Below are positions 39,955 through 50,462 of a stretch of 64,000 nucleotides of DNA, in pieces. A program made the position numbers and the translations under genes. The stretch is from assembly GCA_027063225.1 (NCBI GenBank), contig JAMOSG010000022.1, positions 53,730-117,729 of the forward strand, written 5' to 3'. The stretch is from Helicobacteraceae bacterium (GTDB lineage: Bacteria; Campylobacterota; Campylobacteria; Campylobacterales; Sulfurimonadaceae). A model generated the notes under the pieces. That model saw only the letters and a list, made by a program, of their open reading frames with translations. It did not search any database and was not told the origin of the DNA. Position 1 is the stretch's first letter; the number at the start of each line of letters is the position of its first letter.

Positions 39955-42465
39955 ATGGATCTTTTACTCGAAATAGAAAATACAATAACAAACAATGGTA
40001 CAGATTTTGAACTCTCTAAACATTTTAAAGCTTATATAAAAGAATACAAAAGCTCACTGCCTGAACTTTTTGAAAAAAACCAAGGTAAAGACTTTTTAGT
40101 TCGCCACACTAAAAAACTCGATAGTATCATCGCTTTAATGTACAAAACAGTTTTACGCCGCACTTTTGGAAACTATCTACCAATGAGAAGCTCTATTCCA
40201 ATTGCTGTTGTAGCACTTGGAAGTTATGGAAGAGAGCAACTTTGTGTACATAGTGATATTGATCTTCTTATAGTGTATGAAGATATAGAGGGATACAATG
40301 TAAAAGCAATCATTGAAAAACTTTTTTATTTGGCTCTTGATTCTGGTTTAAAACTAGGACACCGTGTACATACCACAAAAGATCTTTTTAAAGCTGCCAA
40401 TGAAGATATCACAATTCGCACCGCTTTAATGGAATCTCGTTTTATTACAGGTTCAAACTACACATGGTACGCTACACAAGAACAACTTACAAAAATTCGC
40501 CTTCACAATCAAAAAGAGTTTATTTTTGCGAAAATAGAGGAAGCTCAAAAACGACGTAAAAAGTATCCACTCTCAATGCAGCCAAATATTAAAGAGGGAG
40601 TTGGGGCACTTCGAGATTCACAACTTCTTTTTTGGATAGCACAAACAATTTATGGAATTCACACTCTAAAAGATTTAACAAAAATCCTCTTTAGTGAAGA
40701 GGAGTACAAAAAATATAGAACTGCATTAGAGTTACTCTATAGAGTTAGAAGTGCTCTTCATCTTATCACCAACAAACATGAAGATAGACTCCTTTTAGAG
40801 TATATGCCTCAAGTTGCGGCAATGCTTGGGTTTAAAAATGAAACTAAACTTATTCCAAAAGTACTACAAGCACAATGGCAAATCAACAACTTTACGCAAA
40901 TCTTTGTAAAAAAGATAGTTCGCCCCTATCTTGTAGATATGCACAACTTTGTAATGCTAAAAAAACATAGAATCTCTAAAGGAATTTCTATGTTTGAAAA
41001 TCGCCTTGTAGCATCTTATAGGTTAAAGCCTCAACCAATCAATACTCTTTTAGAGCTTTTACTTAAGCTAGAAGATAAACCTTACCATTTTGATGCAGGT
41101 TTTTTACAACTCTTTACAACTGCAAAAATTAAACATCCACTTAAGAAAAAAACATACAATCTTCTTAAAGAGCTTTTTAAAAAAGAGTATGTTGCACAAT
41201 TTTTAGAACTCTTTTACAATGCAGGTATTTTACATGAACTTTTTGGAAACTTTAGAAAAGTCTTACACCTTCCTCAGTTTGATGGCTACCATAAATACCC
41301 TGTTGATATCCACTCCATTAAAGCACTTCAAGCTTTAGAAAATATTGAAGATAGTTTTGTTTTAGAGCTTTATAACACATTAACAACTCAAGAGAAATTA
41401 CTTCTTAAAGTGGTTACACTCTTTCACGATACAGGAAAAGGGCGCAAACAAGACCATAGTGAAGTTGGTGCAAAACTTATTGGTGGATTTGCACAACATT
41501 TAGGATTTCATGTAAATGAAATAGAGATCGCCTCTTTACTTGTAAAAGAGCACACAACAATGAGTAATGTTGCATTTAAAGAAAATATTTTTAATGAAAA
41601 AACACTCTATAAATTTATGTCGAAAGTAAAAACAACAAAAAATCTTCAACTTCTTTATGTTTTAACCTATGCGGATATTAAAGGCGTTGGTGGAGATGTT
41701 TACAACTCTTTTAATGCAAAACTTTTACACGATTTATATACACATGCTTTAGAAGTTGCACAAAATAGTAACCGCATCACCGATGCTACAAAACGTTTAA
41801 ATATTGAAAAACGTCTAAAAAATAATCCTAATTACAAAGCACTTCCCTCTTTATTGCAAAAAAAATTACTTCGTGTTGAGTCTAACCTTTTCTTTTTTAA
41901 ACACTCAGTTGAAGATATTATCTCCATTGCACAAAAAGCGCGTGCAACAAAAGAGTATAGTTTTAGTATAGATACAAATGGCTCTTTAAGCATTGAAATT
42001 TTTAGAAGAATTCCACTCAATATTGGGTATCTTTTAGCAACACTTAGCCATTTAGATATCGCTTCAATGGAGATTTTTACACTCTTTGATGAGATAAAAT
42101 ATTTTAAAATTGAGTTTATTAAAAACATTATAAATGAGGATGAACAAGCAATAGCTGAGATTATAGAAAAAGCTTTTGATATGAGTGTAGTACCACCTCT
42201 AAAAGATGTAAAAATAAAAAAAGAGCAAATTACCATAGATTGTGAGCACTCTTTAACTCACGCAGAGATTAAAATTCAAACAGCAAACCAACTTGGATTG
42301 CTTGCTTATGTAATGGATTGTTTTGAAAAACTAAACATCAATATAGTTACAGCCAAAATTCACTCCTCGAAACATAAAGTAAGAGATAGCTTTTTAATGG
42401 AAAAACAAAATAATATATGCAATAATACTGCAGAAATTTATGATTTATTAACAAAAGGCAACTAA
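39955..42465 (+). CDS. glnD: [protein-PII] uridylyltransferase GlnD-like
   Basis: GSYGR..L..SDIDL, PNIKEG.G.LRD, QFDGYH, FHDTGKG HD domain, C-terminal ACT-like region. Confidence 0.9.
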   Translation: MDLLLEIENTITNNGTDFELSKHFKAYIKEYKSSLPELFEKNQGKDFLVRHTKKLDSIIALMYKTVLRRTFGNYLPMRSSIPIAVVALGSYGREQLCVHSDIDLLIVYEDIEGYNVKAIIEKLFYLALDSGLKLGHRVHTTKDLFKAANEDITIRTALMESRFITGSNYTWYATQEQLTKIRLHNQKEFIFAKIEEAQKRRKKYPLSMQPNIKEGVGALRDSQLLFWIAQTIYGIHTLKDLTKILFSEEEYKKYRTALELLYRVRSALHLITNKHEDRLLLEYMPQVAAMLGFKNETKLIPKVLQAQWQINNFTQIFVKKIVRPYLVDMHNFVMLKKHRISKGISMFENRLVASYRLKPQPINTLLELLLKLEDKPYHFDAGFLQLFTTAKIKHPLKKKTYNLLKELFKKEYVAQFLELFYNAGILHELFGNFRKVLHLPQFDGYHKYPVDIHSIKALQALENIEDSFVLELYNTLTTQEKLLLKVVTLFHDTGKGRKQDHSEVGAKLIGGFAQHLGFHVNEIEIASLLVKEHTTMSNVAFKENIFNEKTLYKFMSKVKTTKNLQLLYVLTYADIKGVGGDVYNSFNAKLLHDLYTHALEVAQNSNRITDATKRLNIEKRLKNNPNYKALPSLLQKKLLRVESNLFFFKHSVEDIISIAQKARATKEYSFSIDTNGSLSIEIFRRIPLNIGYLLATLSHLDIASMEIFTLFDEIKYFKIEFIKNIINEDEQAIAEIIEKAFDMSVVPPLKDVKIKKEQITIDCEHSLTHAEIKIQTANQLGLLAYVMDCFEKLNINIVTAKIHSSKHKVRDSFLMEKQNNICNNTAEIYDLLTKGN

Positions 42466-44283
42466 ATGTGTGGAATTGTTGGTTATTTAGGTGAAGGAAA
42501 CTCTAAAGAGATTTTACTTCACGGATTAAAAGAGTTAGAGTACAGAGGGTATGATTCTGCTGGAATTGCAATTTTAGAGGGTGATAATTTTTCTAGCTTT
42601 AAAGCAGTTGGCAAACTTGTAAACTTAGAAGAAAAAACTAAAGATTTCCAAACAAAAGGTTTTAGTGTTGGAATTGGCCATACTCGTTGGGCAACACACG
42701 GAAAGCCAACAGAGCTCAATGCACATCCACATCTGGGAGAAAGCTCTTATGTTGTGCATAATGGTATTATAGAAAATTATGCAGAATTAAAAGAGGAGCT
42801 TTTAGCTGAGGGTGTAAACTTTTTAAGTCAAACAGATACAGAGGTGATTGTACACCTTTTTGAAAAAAACTTAAAAGCTGGACTTCAACCATTTAAAGCG
42901 TTTGAAAAAACTGTACAAACACTTGATGGTGCTTATGCAATTTTACTTATCACTAAAGGGGAAGAGGAAACTATTTTCTTTGCAAAAAATGGCTCCCCTA
43001 TGCTTGTTGGTATCACTCAAGACTCAAATGAGAAATTTTTTGCATCGTCAGATACACCACTTATTGGATATGCAACAGAAGTAAACTACTTTGAAGATGG
43101 TGATTATGGATACGTAAATAAAGAGGGAATTGTAATTTTCAATGAAGAGGGAGTAAAAAAAGAGCCATCTTTTAAAACACTTTCTCAAAATAAACTCTCT
43201 GCACAAAAAGATGGGTATCGTTTCTTTATGGAAAAAGAGATTTATGAACAAACAAATGTTATTTCAGATACTCTGCTTGGGAGATTACATGATGAAGAGG
43301 TAGTGTTTGATGAACTTCCATCTGATCTATTTGATGGCATAAATGAGATAAAACTGTGTGCTTGTGGAACATCTTACCACTCTGCACTAAGTGCTTCATA
43401 CCTTTTTGAGCGTTATGCGAGGGTAAAAACTTCTGTTGAGGTAGCAAGTGAACTTCGTTACCGTGACCCAATTTTAACAACAGATACTCTTTTTGTAGCT
43501 ATTTCACAAAGTGGAGAAACAGCAGATACACTTGAAACACTTAAAATGGCTAAGGAAGCAGGTCTTAAAACACTTGTTATTTGTAATGTAGATAACTCCT
43601 CTATGGTTCGTTTAGCTGATGCTTCGATTTTAACACGTGCTGGAGTTGAAAAAGGTGTTGCTTCTACAAAAGCTTTTGCTACACAAGTAACTGTATTTTG
43701 GATGCTTTCGCTCTATCTTTCTCAAAAGAAACAAACTCTTTCAAATGAAGAGTTAAAACGTCAAATTTGTCTTTTACGTGAAGTTCCAGCAGCAGTTGTT
43801 GTAACAGATGAACTTCATGAAAAAATGAAACGCCTCTCAAAGCGTTATTTACACGGACATGGATTTTTCTTTATTGGGCGTGATATCTTCTTCCCACTTG
43901 CATTAGAGGGGGCTTTAAAACTTAAAGAGATTAGTTATCTCCATGCTGAGGGTTATCCAAGTGGAGAGATGAAACATGGTCCAATTGCTCTTGCAGATCC
44001 TGAGCTTTTCACAATTGCCCTACTTCCAGAGCATATGCTTTATGATAAAGCAAAAAGTAATGTGGAGGAGCTTAGTGCAAGAGATGCAACTATTTGTGCT
44101 ATTAGCCCACTTCCATTTGATAAAGCAGATGATTATATTGCAACAAAAAAACAAAAAGATTATATGCTTGAATTTTTTGAAATGATGGTTGTAGTACAAC
44201 TCCTTTCACTTGAAGTTTCTATTAGATTAGGAAATGATGTAGATATGCCAAGAAATTTAGCAAAAAGTGTAACAGTCGAATAA
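42466..44283 (+). CDS. glmS: glutamine--fructose-6-phosphate transaminase
   Basis: MCGIVG, GHTRWATHG, SQSGET, PRNLAKSVTVE. Confidence 0.98.
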   Translation: MCGIVGYLGEGNSKEILLHGLKELEYRGYDSAGIAILEGDNFSSFKAVGKLVNLEEKTKDFQTKGFSVGIGHTRWATHGKPTELNAHPHLGESSYVVHNGIIENYAELKEELLAEGVNFLSQTDTEVIVHLFEKNLKAGLQPFKAFEKTVQTLDGAYAILLITKGEEETIFFAKNGSPMLVGITQDSNEKFFASSDTPLIGYATEVNYFEDGDYGYVNKEGIVIFNEEGVKKEPSFKTLSQNKLSAQKDGYRFFMEKEIYEQTNVISDTLLGRLHDEEVVFDELPSDLFDGINEIKLCACGTSYHSALSASYLFERYARVKTSVEVASELRYRDPILTTDTLFVAISQSGETADTLETLKMAKEAGLKTLVICNVDNSSMVRLADASILTRAGVEKGVASTKAFATQVTVFWMLSLYLSQKKQTLSNEELKRQICLLREVPAAVVVTDELHEKMKRLSKRYLHGHGFFFIGRDIFFPLALEGALKLKEISYLHAEGYPSGEMKHGPIALADPELFTIALLPEHMLYDKAKSNVEELSARDATICAISPLPFDKADDYIATKKQKDYMLEFFEMMVVVQLLSLEVSIRLGNDVDMPRNLAKSVTVE

Positions 44284-44378
44284 AAAAAATTACACTTTAA
44301 TAATAATTCATCAAACTTTTACTTTATTTGAGTTAGAATTCAACATTATTCTAGCTTCAAATAAAGGTTCTTCTTACT

Positions 44379-46229
44379 ATGCAATCAAAAGCAAAACTTC
44401 TCCTTTCAATTACACTTCTTATGTTAACGCTTTCTGTTGCTACGGTTGTAAATATGTCTCTTAACTTTAGAGAGTACTCTATAAAAACAGCCACACAAAA
44501 AGCTGAAACTATTGCAGATATTGTAAAAGATGGTCTTACTGCCCATATGGTCAATGGTATTATGGATAAAAGAGCATACTTTTTAAATCAACTTACTCAT
44601 AATCAAGAGATTGAATCTATTCGTATAGTACGTTCTCAAAATGTTATTAAACAATATGGAGATGGACTTTTTCATGAACAAGCTAAAGACAATATAGATA
44701 AACAAGTGCTTGAAACTGGAAAAATGCAGCGAGATATTATAGAAGATAAAGGAAAAGTACTTTTACGCTTAACTATTCCTTATATTACAGAAGATAGTCT
44801 TCAATCTCCTAGTTGTCTTTCATGCCATGATGTAAAAGTTGGTGATGTACTAGGTGCTATTAGTATGGAATTTGACATTACATCTCTTAGAACAGATACC
44901 GTATCTACTATTATTAAAATTATGTCTATTACTCTTGTCTTTGTTCTTTTAGCACTTGTTGTTATTAACTACTTTATAACTCCGTATATGAGTCTTTTTA
45001 AAGACCTACAATATGGTATTAAAAAAGCATATCGTGGTGATTTTACATATGAATTTCACACTTCTGTACATGGAGAGCCAAAAGAGTTTATAGATAAACT
45101 CAATATCCTATTTAGAAAAATGCAAGAAGCTTTTGGGGATATTAAAAATGATCTTGGAACTTTTATTCCTAATAATACTTCATCACGATCAAAAGATCCT
45201 CTTTATGAAGCAAAAACAATTATTAAAGAACTTTCTGATATTTATAAATTTAAAAAGACTATAGAACTAGATAGAAGTAAAAATATTGTTTACTCAAGAC
45301 TTGTCACGGTGTTAGAACATAAATATAATATTAAACATTTTGCATTTTACGAATTAAATAACATTACACTCCATCGTAAACTGATCTATATTACAGATGG
45401 TGAACCAATTTGTAGCTCTGCAGCAAATAATGATTCAACACTCTGTCGTGCACATAGAACAAAAACAGATGTAATTTCAACTGAATTTGAAAATCTTTGT
45501 CAGGCATGTGAAGTAAAAGAGGTTGATTATGTTTGTATTCCATTTAGTATTAACAAAGATCATTCTTTAGTTATATCAATGACAGCAAAACATACAGATG
45601 ATTTAAATAGAATTAAATCTCTTATTCCTAGTATTAAACACTATCTTGATGCTGCTCAACCAGTAATTGAAAGTAATATTTTAATGGACAAACTCCGCGA
45701 TACATCTTTACGTGATGCAATGACAGGACTTTACAACCGCCGTTTCTTAGAAGAGTTTATTGACCAAGTAATGAAACAAGTCCAACGTGAAAAAGAAACT
45801 TATACAGTACTTATGCTTGATGTTGACTTCTTTAAACAAGTAAATGATACATATGGTCATGATGTTGGAGATAGAGTTATTAAAGAGATTGGTACAGTTG
45901 TAAAAAATAGTATTCGTGAATCTGACCTTGGTATTCGCTATGGTGGGGAAGAGTTTGTTGTTTTACTCCACAATGCAACAGATGAAGGTGCAATGCATGT
46001 TGCGAAAAAGATCCACTCTAGTTTTGCTGAACTTGTATTTGATGTTGGTAATGGTCAAACTATGCAAAAAACAATGAGTATTGGTATAGCTAAATACCCA
46101 ACAGATGGTAATACAATTTGGAAATGTATTAAGTATGCAGATACTGCACTTTATGTTGCAAAAACAACAGGAAGAAATAAAATAGTTCGCTACACTCCAG
46201 AGATGAGTGATGATGATACACTTCGCTAA
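44379..46229 (+). CDS. membrane diguanylate cyclase with periplasmic heme-c (CxxCH) sensor and GAF-like domain
   Basis: TM-sensor(CLSCH)-TM, Cys-rich GAF-like region, DAMTGLYNRR, RESD I-site, RYGGEEF. Confidence 0.9.
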   Translation: MQSKAKLLLSITLLMLTLSVATVVNMSLNFREYSIKTATQKAETIADIVKDGLTAHMVNGIMDKRAYFLNQLTHNQEIESIRIVRSQNVIKQYGDGLFHEQAKDNIDKQVLETGKMQRDIIEDKGKVLLRLTIPYITEDSLQSPSCLSCHDVKVGDVLGAISMEFDITSLRTDTVSTIIKIMSITLVFVLLALVVINYFITPYMSLFKDLQYGIKKAYRGDFTYEFHTSVHGEPKEFIDKLNILFRKMQEAFGDIKNDLGTFIPNNTSSRSKDPLYEAKTIIKELSDIYKFKKTIELDRSKNIVYSRLVTVLEHKYNIKHFAFYELNNITLHRKLIYITDGEPICSSAANNDSTLCRAHRTKTDVISTEFENLCQACEVKEVDYVCIPFSINKDHSLVISMTAKHTDDLNRIKSLIPSIKHYLDAAQPVIESNILMDKLRDTSLRDAMTGLYNRRFLEEFIDQVMKQVQREKETYTVLMLDVDFFKQVNDTYGHDVGDRVIKEIGTVVKNSIRESDLGIRYGGEEFVVLLHNATDEGAMHVAKKIHSSFAELVFDVGNGQTMQKTMSIGIAKYPTDGNTIWKCIKYADTALYVAKTTGRNKIVRYTPEMSDDDTLR

Positions 46230-46231
46230 CT

Positions 46232-46257
46232 AAAGGGGAGGTTTACTCCTCCTCTTT
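46232..46257 (+). terminator. hairpin at the convergent DGC/helicase junction
   Basis: AAAGGGGAGG-TTTACT-CCTCCTCTTT: 10-bp stem (one G-U), 6-nt loop, 2 nt after the DGC stop; short U tail. Confidence 0.5.
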
Positions 46258-48321
46258 GCTATTTTTCTCTACCATCTTTTTATACTTTTCATCTTTTGTA
46301 ATTAAGCCCGCTTCATATAAAAACTGACTTGGAACAAAGTTTTGTTTTTTTACTTTATCGTACTTGGCAAAACTTAAATACAAAATATCTTTAGCACGTG
46401 TAACTGCTACATAAAATAGACGCCTCTCCTCCTCAATAGAACCACCTCTAACCATCAGTTTTCTATTTGGAAAACGTCCATCCATCAAGTCTATGACATA
46501 CACCTCTTTATACTCTAACCCCTTAGAAGCATGGATAGAAAGAAGATGCACACCCTCCCCTTGCGTTAAATCGGATGAACCTAAAATCATTGCATTTAAA
46601 AATCGCTCATGCTCTTTATATGGTTGTGCAAGGTTAATTAAAAGTGGTGCTTTTCGCTCAATTTTTAGAAGTGATTCACTCTTTAGTTTTTCATCTACAC
46701 TACCATCTTTTAGTGTAGAGCGTTTTGTAGCTAAGAGATCTTTTATATACTCATAAATTTTAGAAGAAGCGATTTTTTGCACAACAAAAGAGGGAGATTT
46801 TTCCCCTTTTAAATCTCTATAGATCAAATAAAAATGGTATAAAAATGTAGCACTCTCTTTTGTGAGTTTTGGGTACTTTAAAATAGGGTTTCTCATAAAC
46901 CTCTCTTCAAATCCAAGCTTTGCATATTTTCCTACACTTCCAAGCTCTACATTTTCATCAAAAAGTCCAAGTTGGCGATTGAGTTTTCTCTTTTCAAAGG
47001 GATTTTTTATCGATTCATCTGGAGCGTATAAACCAAAAAAGAGTTTGCCATGCCCTAACTTTTTAAGAGCCAAATAAAGCTCTTTTGCCATCGCACTTCC
47101 AATACCACGTGCAAATTCAAAAATATGAATAAACGCCATCATATCTGATTCATTCACTAAAAGAGTATAAATATCTAAAATAAATTTTACCTCTTTAGCG
47201 TCAAAAAAACTTGTACCCCCACGTCGGCGACACCCAATTTCAAGTTCACGCAAAGCCACCTCTATTCCATCTGCTGTGGAATTATTTCTAAAAATAACTG
47301 CTATCTCATCATTAGATGTTTGTGTTGTTGCAATTTTATGAGCAATGCCATGGTACTGCTCAAAAAGCTCCTCATACGCTAAAAGTGTTGGAGGTGTTGT
47401 TATATCTTTGCGTGTAACTTCAAGCTCTTTGGGGTAGATGCGTTCATTGTACTGAATAACTCTATTTGCTAAAGATAAAATAGGCGCGCTTGAGCGGTAG
47501 TTTTTAACTAAAGTATGCACTTTTGCTTCAGGGTATTTTTTTACAAAAGAACCAATAATCGAAATATCTGCTCCATTAAAAGCATAAATACTTTGATCAT
47601 AATCCCCAACACAAAAAAGTGATGGTGGATTCATAGCATCTATAAGTGTTCCTTGAAGTGCATTTGTATCTTGGTACTCATCTACAAGCACCTCTTTGTA
47701 ACCTAGATCTGTTTTTTGCGCTAAAGCTCTAAAATTTAAAAGTAGATCATTAAAGTTTAAAAAACCATACTCTTTTTTTAATGTTTCAAACTCATCTACA
47801 ACATCTGCATAAATTAGCGCAAACTCCTCATGCTCTGGTGCTGTTTGTTTTACCCAACTCTCAAAATCTAACTCTAATTCTGTATTTTGGTAAAGTCCAT
47901 ACATATCGTACAAATAGTTTCCACCATAAGGGGTTACTTTTGTATCAAAATGGGCAAAAGAGCGTTTTTCAAACACACTACGAAAAAGAGTTTTAAGTTC
48001 ACGTTGTTGTTTTAAAACCACCTTACTATCTGCTTTTTTAAGCCATCTGTATGAAACTGCGTGAAATGTTCCCGCTTCAATTTTTGAAGCAACTTTGTTT
48101 CCAAAAAAAGAAGCAACCCGCTCTACCATCTCTGCTGCTGCTTTATTGGTAAATGTTAAAAGTAAAATCTCTTGTGGCTCTATGCCAGATTGCAACAAAT
48201 AAGCAATTCTTCCAACAATGGTAGAGGTTTTTCCCGTCCCTGCCGAAGCGATAATAAGATTTTGTTTATAGGTAGAAGTAGCAGCACTATATTGCTGCTC
48301 ATTGAGTGAAGAGAGAGGCAT
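46243..48321 (-). CDS. UvrD/Rep-family ATP-dependent DNA helicase
   Basis: ASAGTGKT, VDEYQD, VGDYDQSIY, NYRS, HASKGLE, EERRLFYVAVTRA. Confidence 0.94.
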   Translation of the reverse strand: MPLSSLNEQQYSAATSTYKQNLIIASAGTGKTSTIVGRIAYLLQSGIEPQEILLLTFTNKAAAEMVERVASFFGNKVASKIEAGTFHAVSYRWLKKADSKVVLKQQRELKTLFRSVFEKRSFAHFDTKVTPYGGNYLYDMYGLYQNTELELDFESWVKQTAPEHEEFALIYADVVDEFETLKKEYGFLNFNDLLLNFRALAQKTDLGYKEVLVDEYQDTNALQGTLIDAMNPPSLFCVGDYDQSIYAFNGADISIIGSFVKKYPEAKVHTLVKNYRSSAPILSLANRVIQYNERIYPKELEVTRKDITTPPTLLAYEELFEQYHGIAHKIATTQTSNDEIAVIFRNNSTADGIEVALRELEIGCRRRGGTSFFDAKEVKFILDIYTLLVNESDMMAFIHIFEFARGIGSAMAKELYLALKKLGHGKLFFGLYAPDESIKNPFEKRKLNRQLGLFDENVELGSVGKYAKLGFEERFMRNPILKYPKLTKESATFLYHFYLIYRDLKGEKSPSFVVQKIASSKIYEYIKDLLATKRSTLKDGSVDEKLKSESLLKIERKAPLLINLAQPYKEHERFLNAMILGSSDLTQGEGVHLLSIHASKGLEYKEVYVIDLMDGRFPNRKLMVRGGSIEEERRLFYVAVTRAKDILYLSFAKYDKVKKQNFVPSQFLYEAGLITKDEKYKKMVEKNSKEEE

Positions 48322-48324
48322 AAA

Positions 48325-48657
48325 CTACTTACAACCCCAAGCACTCACCATTTGTGAATAGTATGGAGTGTTGCGTTTGCCAATAAAACTATATGTTCCA
48401 ATACTTAAGTTAAAGTTTGTACTATTAACCTCTATGCCATCTTGACAAACAATTGTTTTACCTTGTCTAAAATGAAGCACTGCTTGAAGCATCTGTTGCT
48501 CTTTTTGAGCTGTATAAGTGTTATAAAGGTAAGCAAATAAAACAAAACTACCAAACACTACACCAACTAAAGTTTTTTGTTTTGTTGTAAGTTCAGTAAA
48601 AAAGTGCATTATAAGTACAATTAAAACAATAAGAACAACTGCTACAATATAGCCCAT
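48325..48657 (-). CDS. conserved-type small membrane protein
   Basis: Two TMs plus a C-terminal domain with two Cys; 2-3 bp gaps to neighbours. Confidence 0.7.
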   Translation of the reverse strand: MGYIVAVVLIVLIVLIMHFFTELTTKQKTLVGVVFGSFVLFAYLYNTYTAQKEQQMLQAVLHFRQGKTIVCQDGIEVNSTNFNLSIGTYSFIGKRNTPYYSQMVSAWGCK

Positions 48658-48659
48658 CT

Positions 48660-49970
48660 CTACCCCTCTCTCATTTGGTATGTAATATCACCTGCACCAA
48701 ATCCTATAATAAACCCATCTTTATAAGTTTTTAACTCTTGCATACCATCTAAAAGTGTTACACTTTGGTTTGCATGAAGTACATTTGTTGCAAAAGTTGG
48801 GTTATATTTTGCAAACTCTTTTGCAAAATCTATTGCAATCTCCTCTTCACTTGCTGCCCAAACAGGTAAAATCACAAGTTCATCAACACCCTCAAAACAC
48901 TCAACAAATGCTTCTAAATTATCGTAAGTTCTTGAGTATTTATGGGGTTGCCAAATCGCTACTATTTTAGAGAGGTTTTTCAGTTTTGCATACTCTTTTG
49001 CAGAACTAAGTGTTGCTTTTATCTCTGTTGGGTGGTGTCCATAATCATCTACTACTACTAAATCATTATACTTTCCAACAATATCAAAACGCTTCTTTAT
49101 CCCTTTAAAATTTACAAGTAAAGAGCGAATCTGCTCAACATCTTTGCTAGGAAGTGCTGCTAAAATTGCTAAAGAGGCATCTAAAGCTATATGCTCTCCA
49201 AAACCCCAAACCTCAAATACTCCTAAATCTTTTAATGTAAATCTTGTATAAGGCTCATCATCTTTTAAAAAATACTCAATATTTGTAATATCTTTTGAAG
49301 GGTAAAGCCACGTAGCCTCAATCTCATCTATAAGTGTTGATAAAAATTGGTCTTCAGCATTTAACACTTTAAATGGTGCAAGGTTAATAAACTCTTTATA
49401 TGCCCCAAAAAATTTCTCAGAGTCATAGTTGTAATACTCCATATGCTCTTTTTCAGCATTAATAACTAAAGAGCAATAAGGGTTTGAGTTTAAAAAACTA
49501 GCATCACTTTCATCTGCTTCAAAAACAAGAGTATCACTTTGTTTAAAACGAACATTAGAGCCAAATGCTTTAGACTCTGCACCAAGTAAAACATCTGCTT
49601 CTTCAAAAATTGCACTAAGCATCGCTGTTGTTGTACTTTTTCCATGTGCTCCAGCAACAGAGTAAACCTTTTTTGTTTTTAAAATATCTTTGAGTGCTTC
49701 ACGACGAGATAATATAGAGACATTTCTCTTTTTTGCCTCAACAATCTCTACATTATTTTCTTTAATAATTGCAGAGTGAATTACTAAATCTTGATTTGAA
49801 ATTACACTTGCATTATGAGGCACAACAATCTCAATACCCATCTTTTTTAATTTTTTAACAATATGGGAGTCACTCATATCAGAACCACTCACCTCATGCC
49901 CTAGAAAGTGCATATATTGTGCAAGTGCAGAGATACCAATACCACCTATTCCTATAAAGTGAATTTTCAT
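48660..49970 (-). CDS. murC: UDP-N-acetylmuramate--L-alanine ligase
   Basis: GIGGIGISAL, GAHGKSTTT, EADESD, DDYGHHPTEI, QPHKYSR. Confidence 0.96.
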   Translation of the reverse strand: MKIHFIGIGGIGISALAQYMHFLGHEVSGSDMSDSHIVKKLKKMGIEIVVPHNASVISNQDLVIHSAIIKENNVEIVEAKKRNVSILSRREALKDILKTKKVYSVAGAHGKSTTTAMLSAIFEEADVLLGAESKAFGSNVRFKQSDTLVFEADESDASFLNSNPYCSLVINAEKEHMEYYNYDSEKFFGAYKEFINLAPFKVLNAEDQFLSTLIDEIEATWLYPSKDITNIEYFLKDDEPYTRFTLKDLGVFEVWGFGEHIALDASLAILAALPSKDVEQIRSLLVNFKGIKKRFDIVGKYNDLVVVDDYGHHPTEIKATLSSAKEYAKLKNLSKIVAIWQPHKYSRTYDNLEAFVECFEGVDELVILPVWAASEEEIAIDFAKEFAKYNPTFATNVLHANQSVTLLDGMQELKTYKDGFIIGFGAGDITYQMREG

Positions 49971-50462
49971 CTATTTATCCAAATTTTCTAAAAGTTTTTG
50001 TGCTTTTGGTAAAAAAGCGTGAATATAAAAAGAGCTACTTGCCTCCATCGCAGCTAAATCTGCATACTCCTCTAAAAATTTCTCTAAATCTATACCCTCT
50101 TTTGTTACTTGAGTATGGATTTTCATACTTTGTGAAAAAAGCTCATCATCTGTTACACCACTTAAAACTTCAAAAAGTGCACTTGCATCGCTAATTTTTT
50201 GTGCACTGTAATGCTCCATAGCGTACTCATACAGTGTTCTAAGTGTTGCAAAATCTTGTACATCTTGCATATCAAATTTACGTGGAGCTTCTAAAACCTC
50301 TGTTAAACGCTCAAGTGAAAGGTCTAAAATATTCGCATAAAAGCCTGAAAGCTCCTCCTCATTTAAAAGCTCATGTGCCTCTTTTTCCATCACAAACAAA
50401 GAAGCAATATCAGCTTCCTCTTGTGCTTTTAAAATCTTTTTTTTGAACTCTTCTTTACTCAC
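49971..50462 (-). CDS. acidic helical hypothetical protein
   Basis: 163-aa ORF coupled to dapC and murC. Confidence 0.7.
   Translation of the reverse strand: MSKEEFKKKILKAQEEADIASLFVMEKEAHELLNEEELSGFYANILDLSLERLTEVLEAPRKFDMQDVQDFATLRTLYEYAMEHYSAQKISDASALFEVLSGVTDDELFSQSMKIHTQVTKEGIDLEKFLEEYADLAAMEASSSFYIHAFLPKAQKLLENLDK

Noticed and set aside
42400-42466. glmS ribozyme
   Set aside because: glmS abuts the glnD stop, leaving no leader region.
44264-44298. AAAGTGTAA/TTACACTTT inverted repeat across the glmS stop
   Set aside because: AT-rich 9-bp stem with a 17-nt loop, half within conserved coding sequence; too weak to call.
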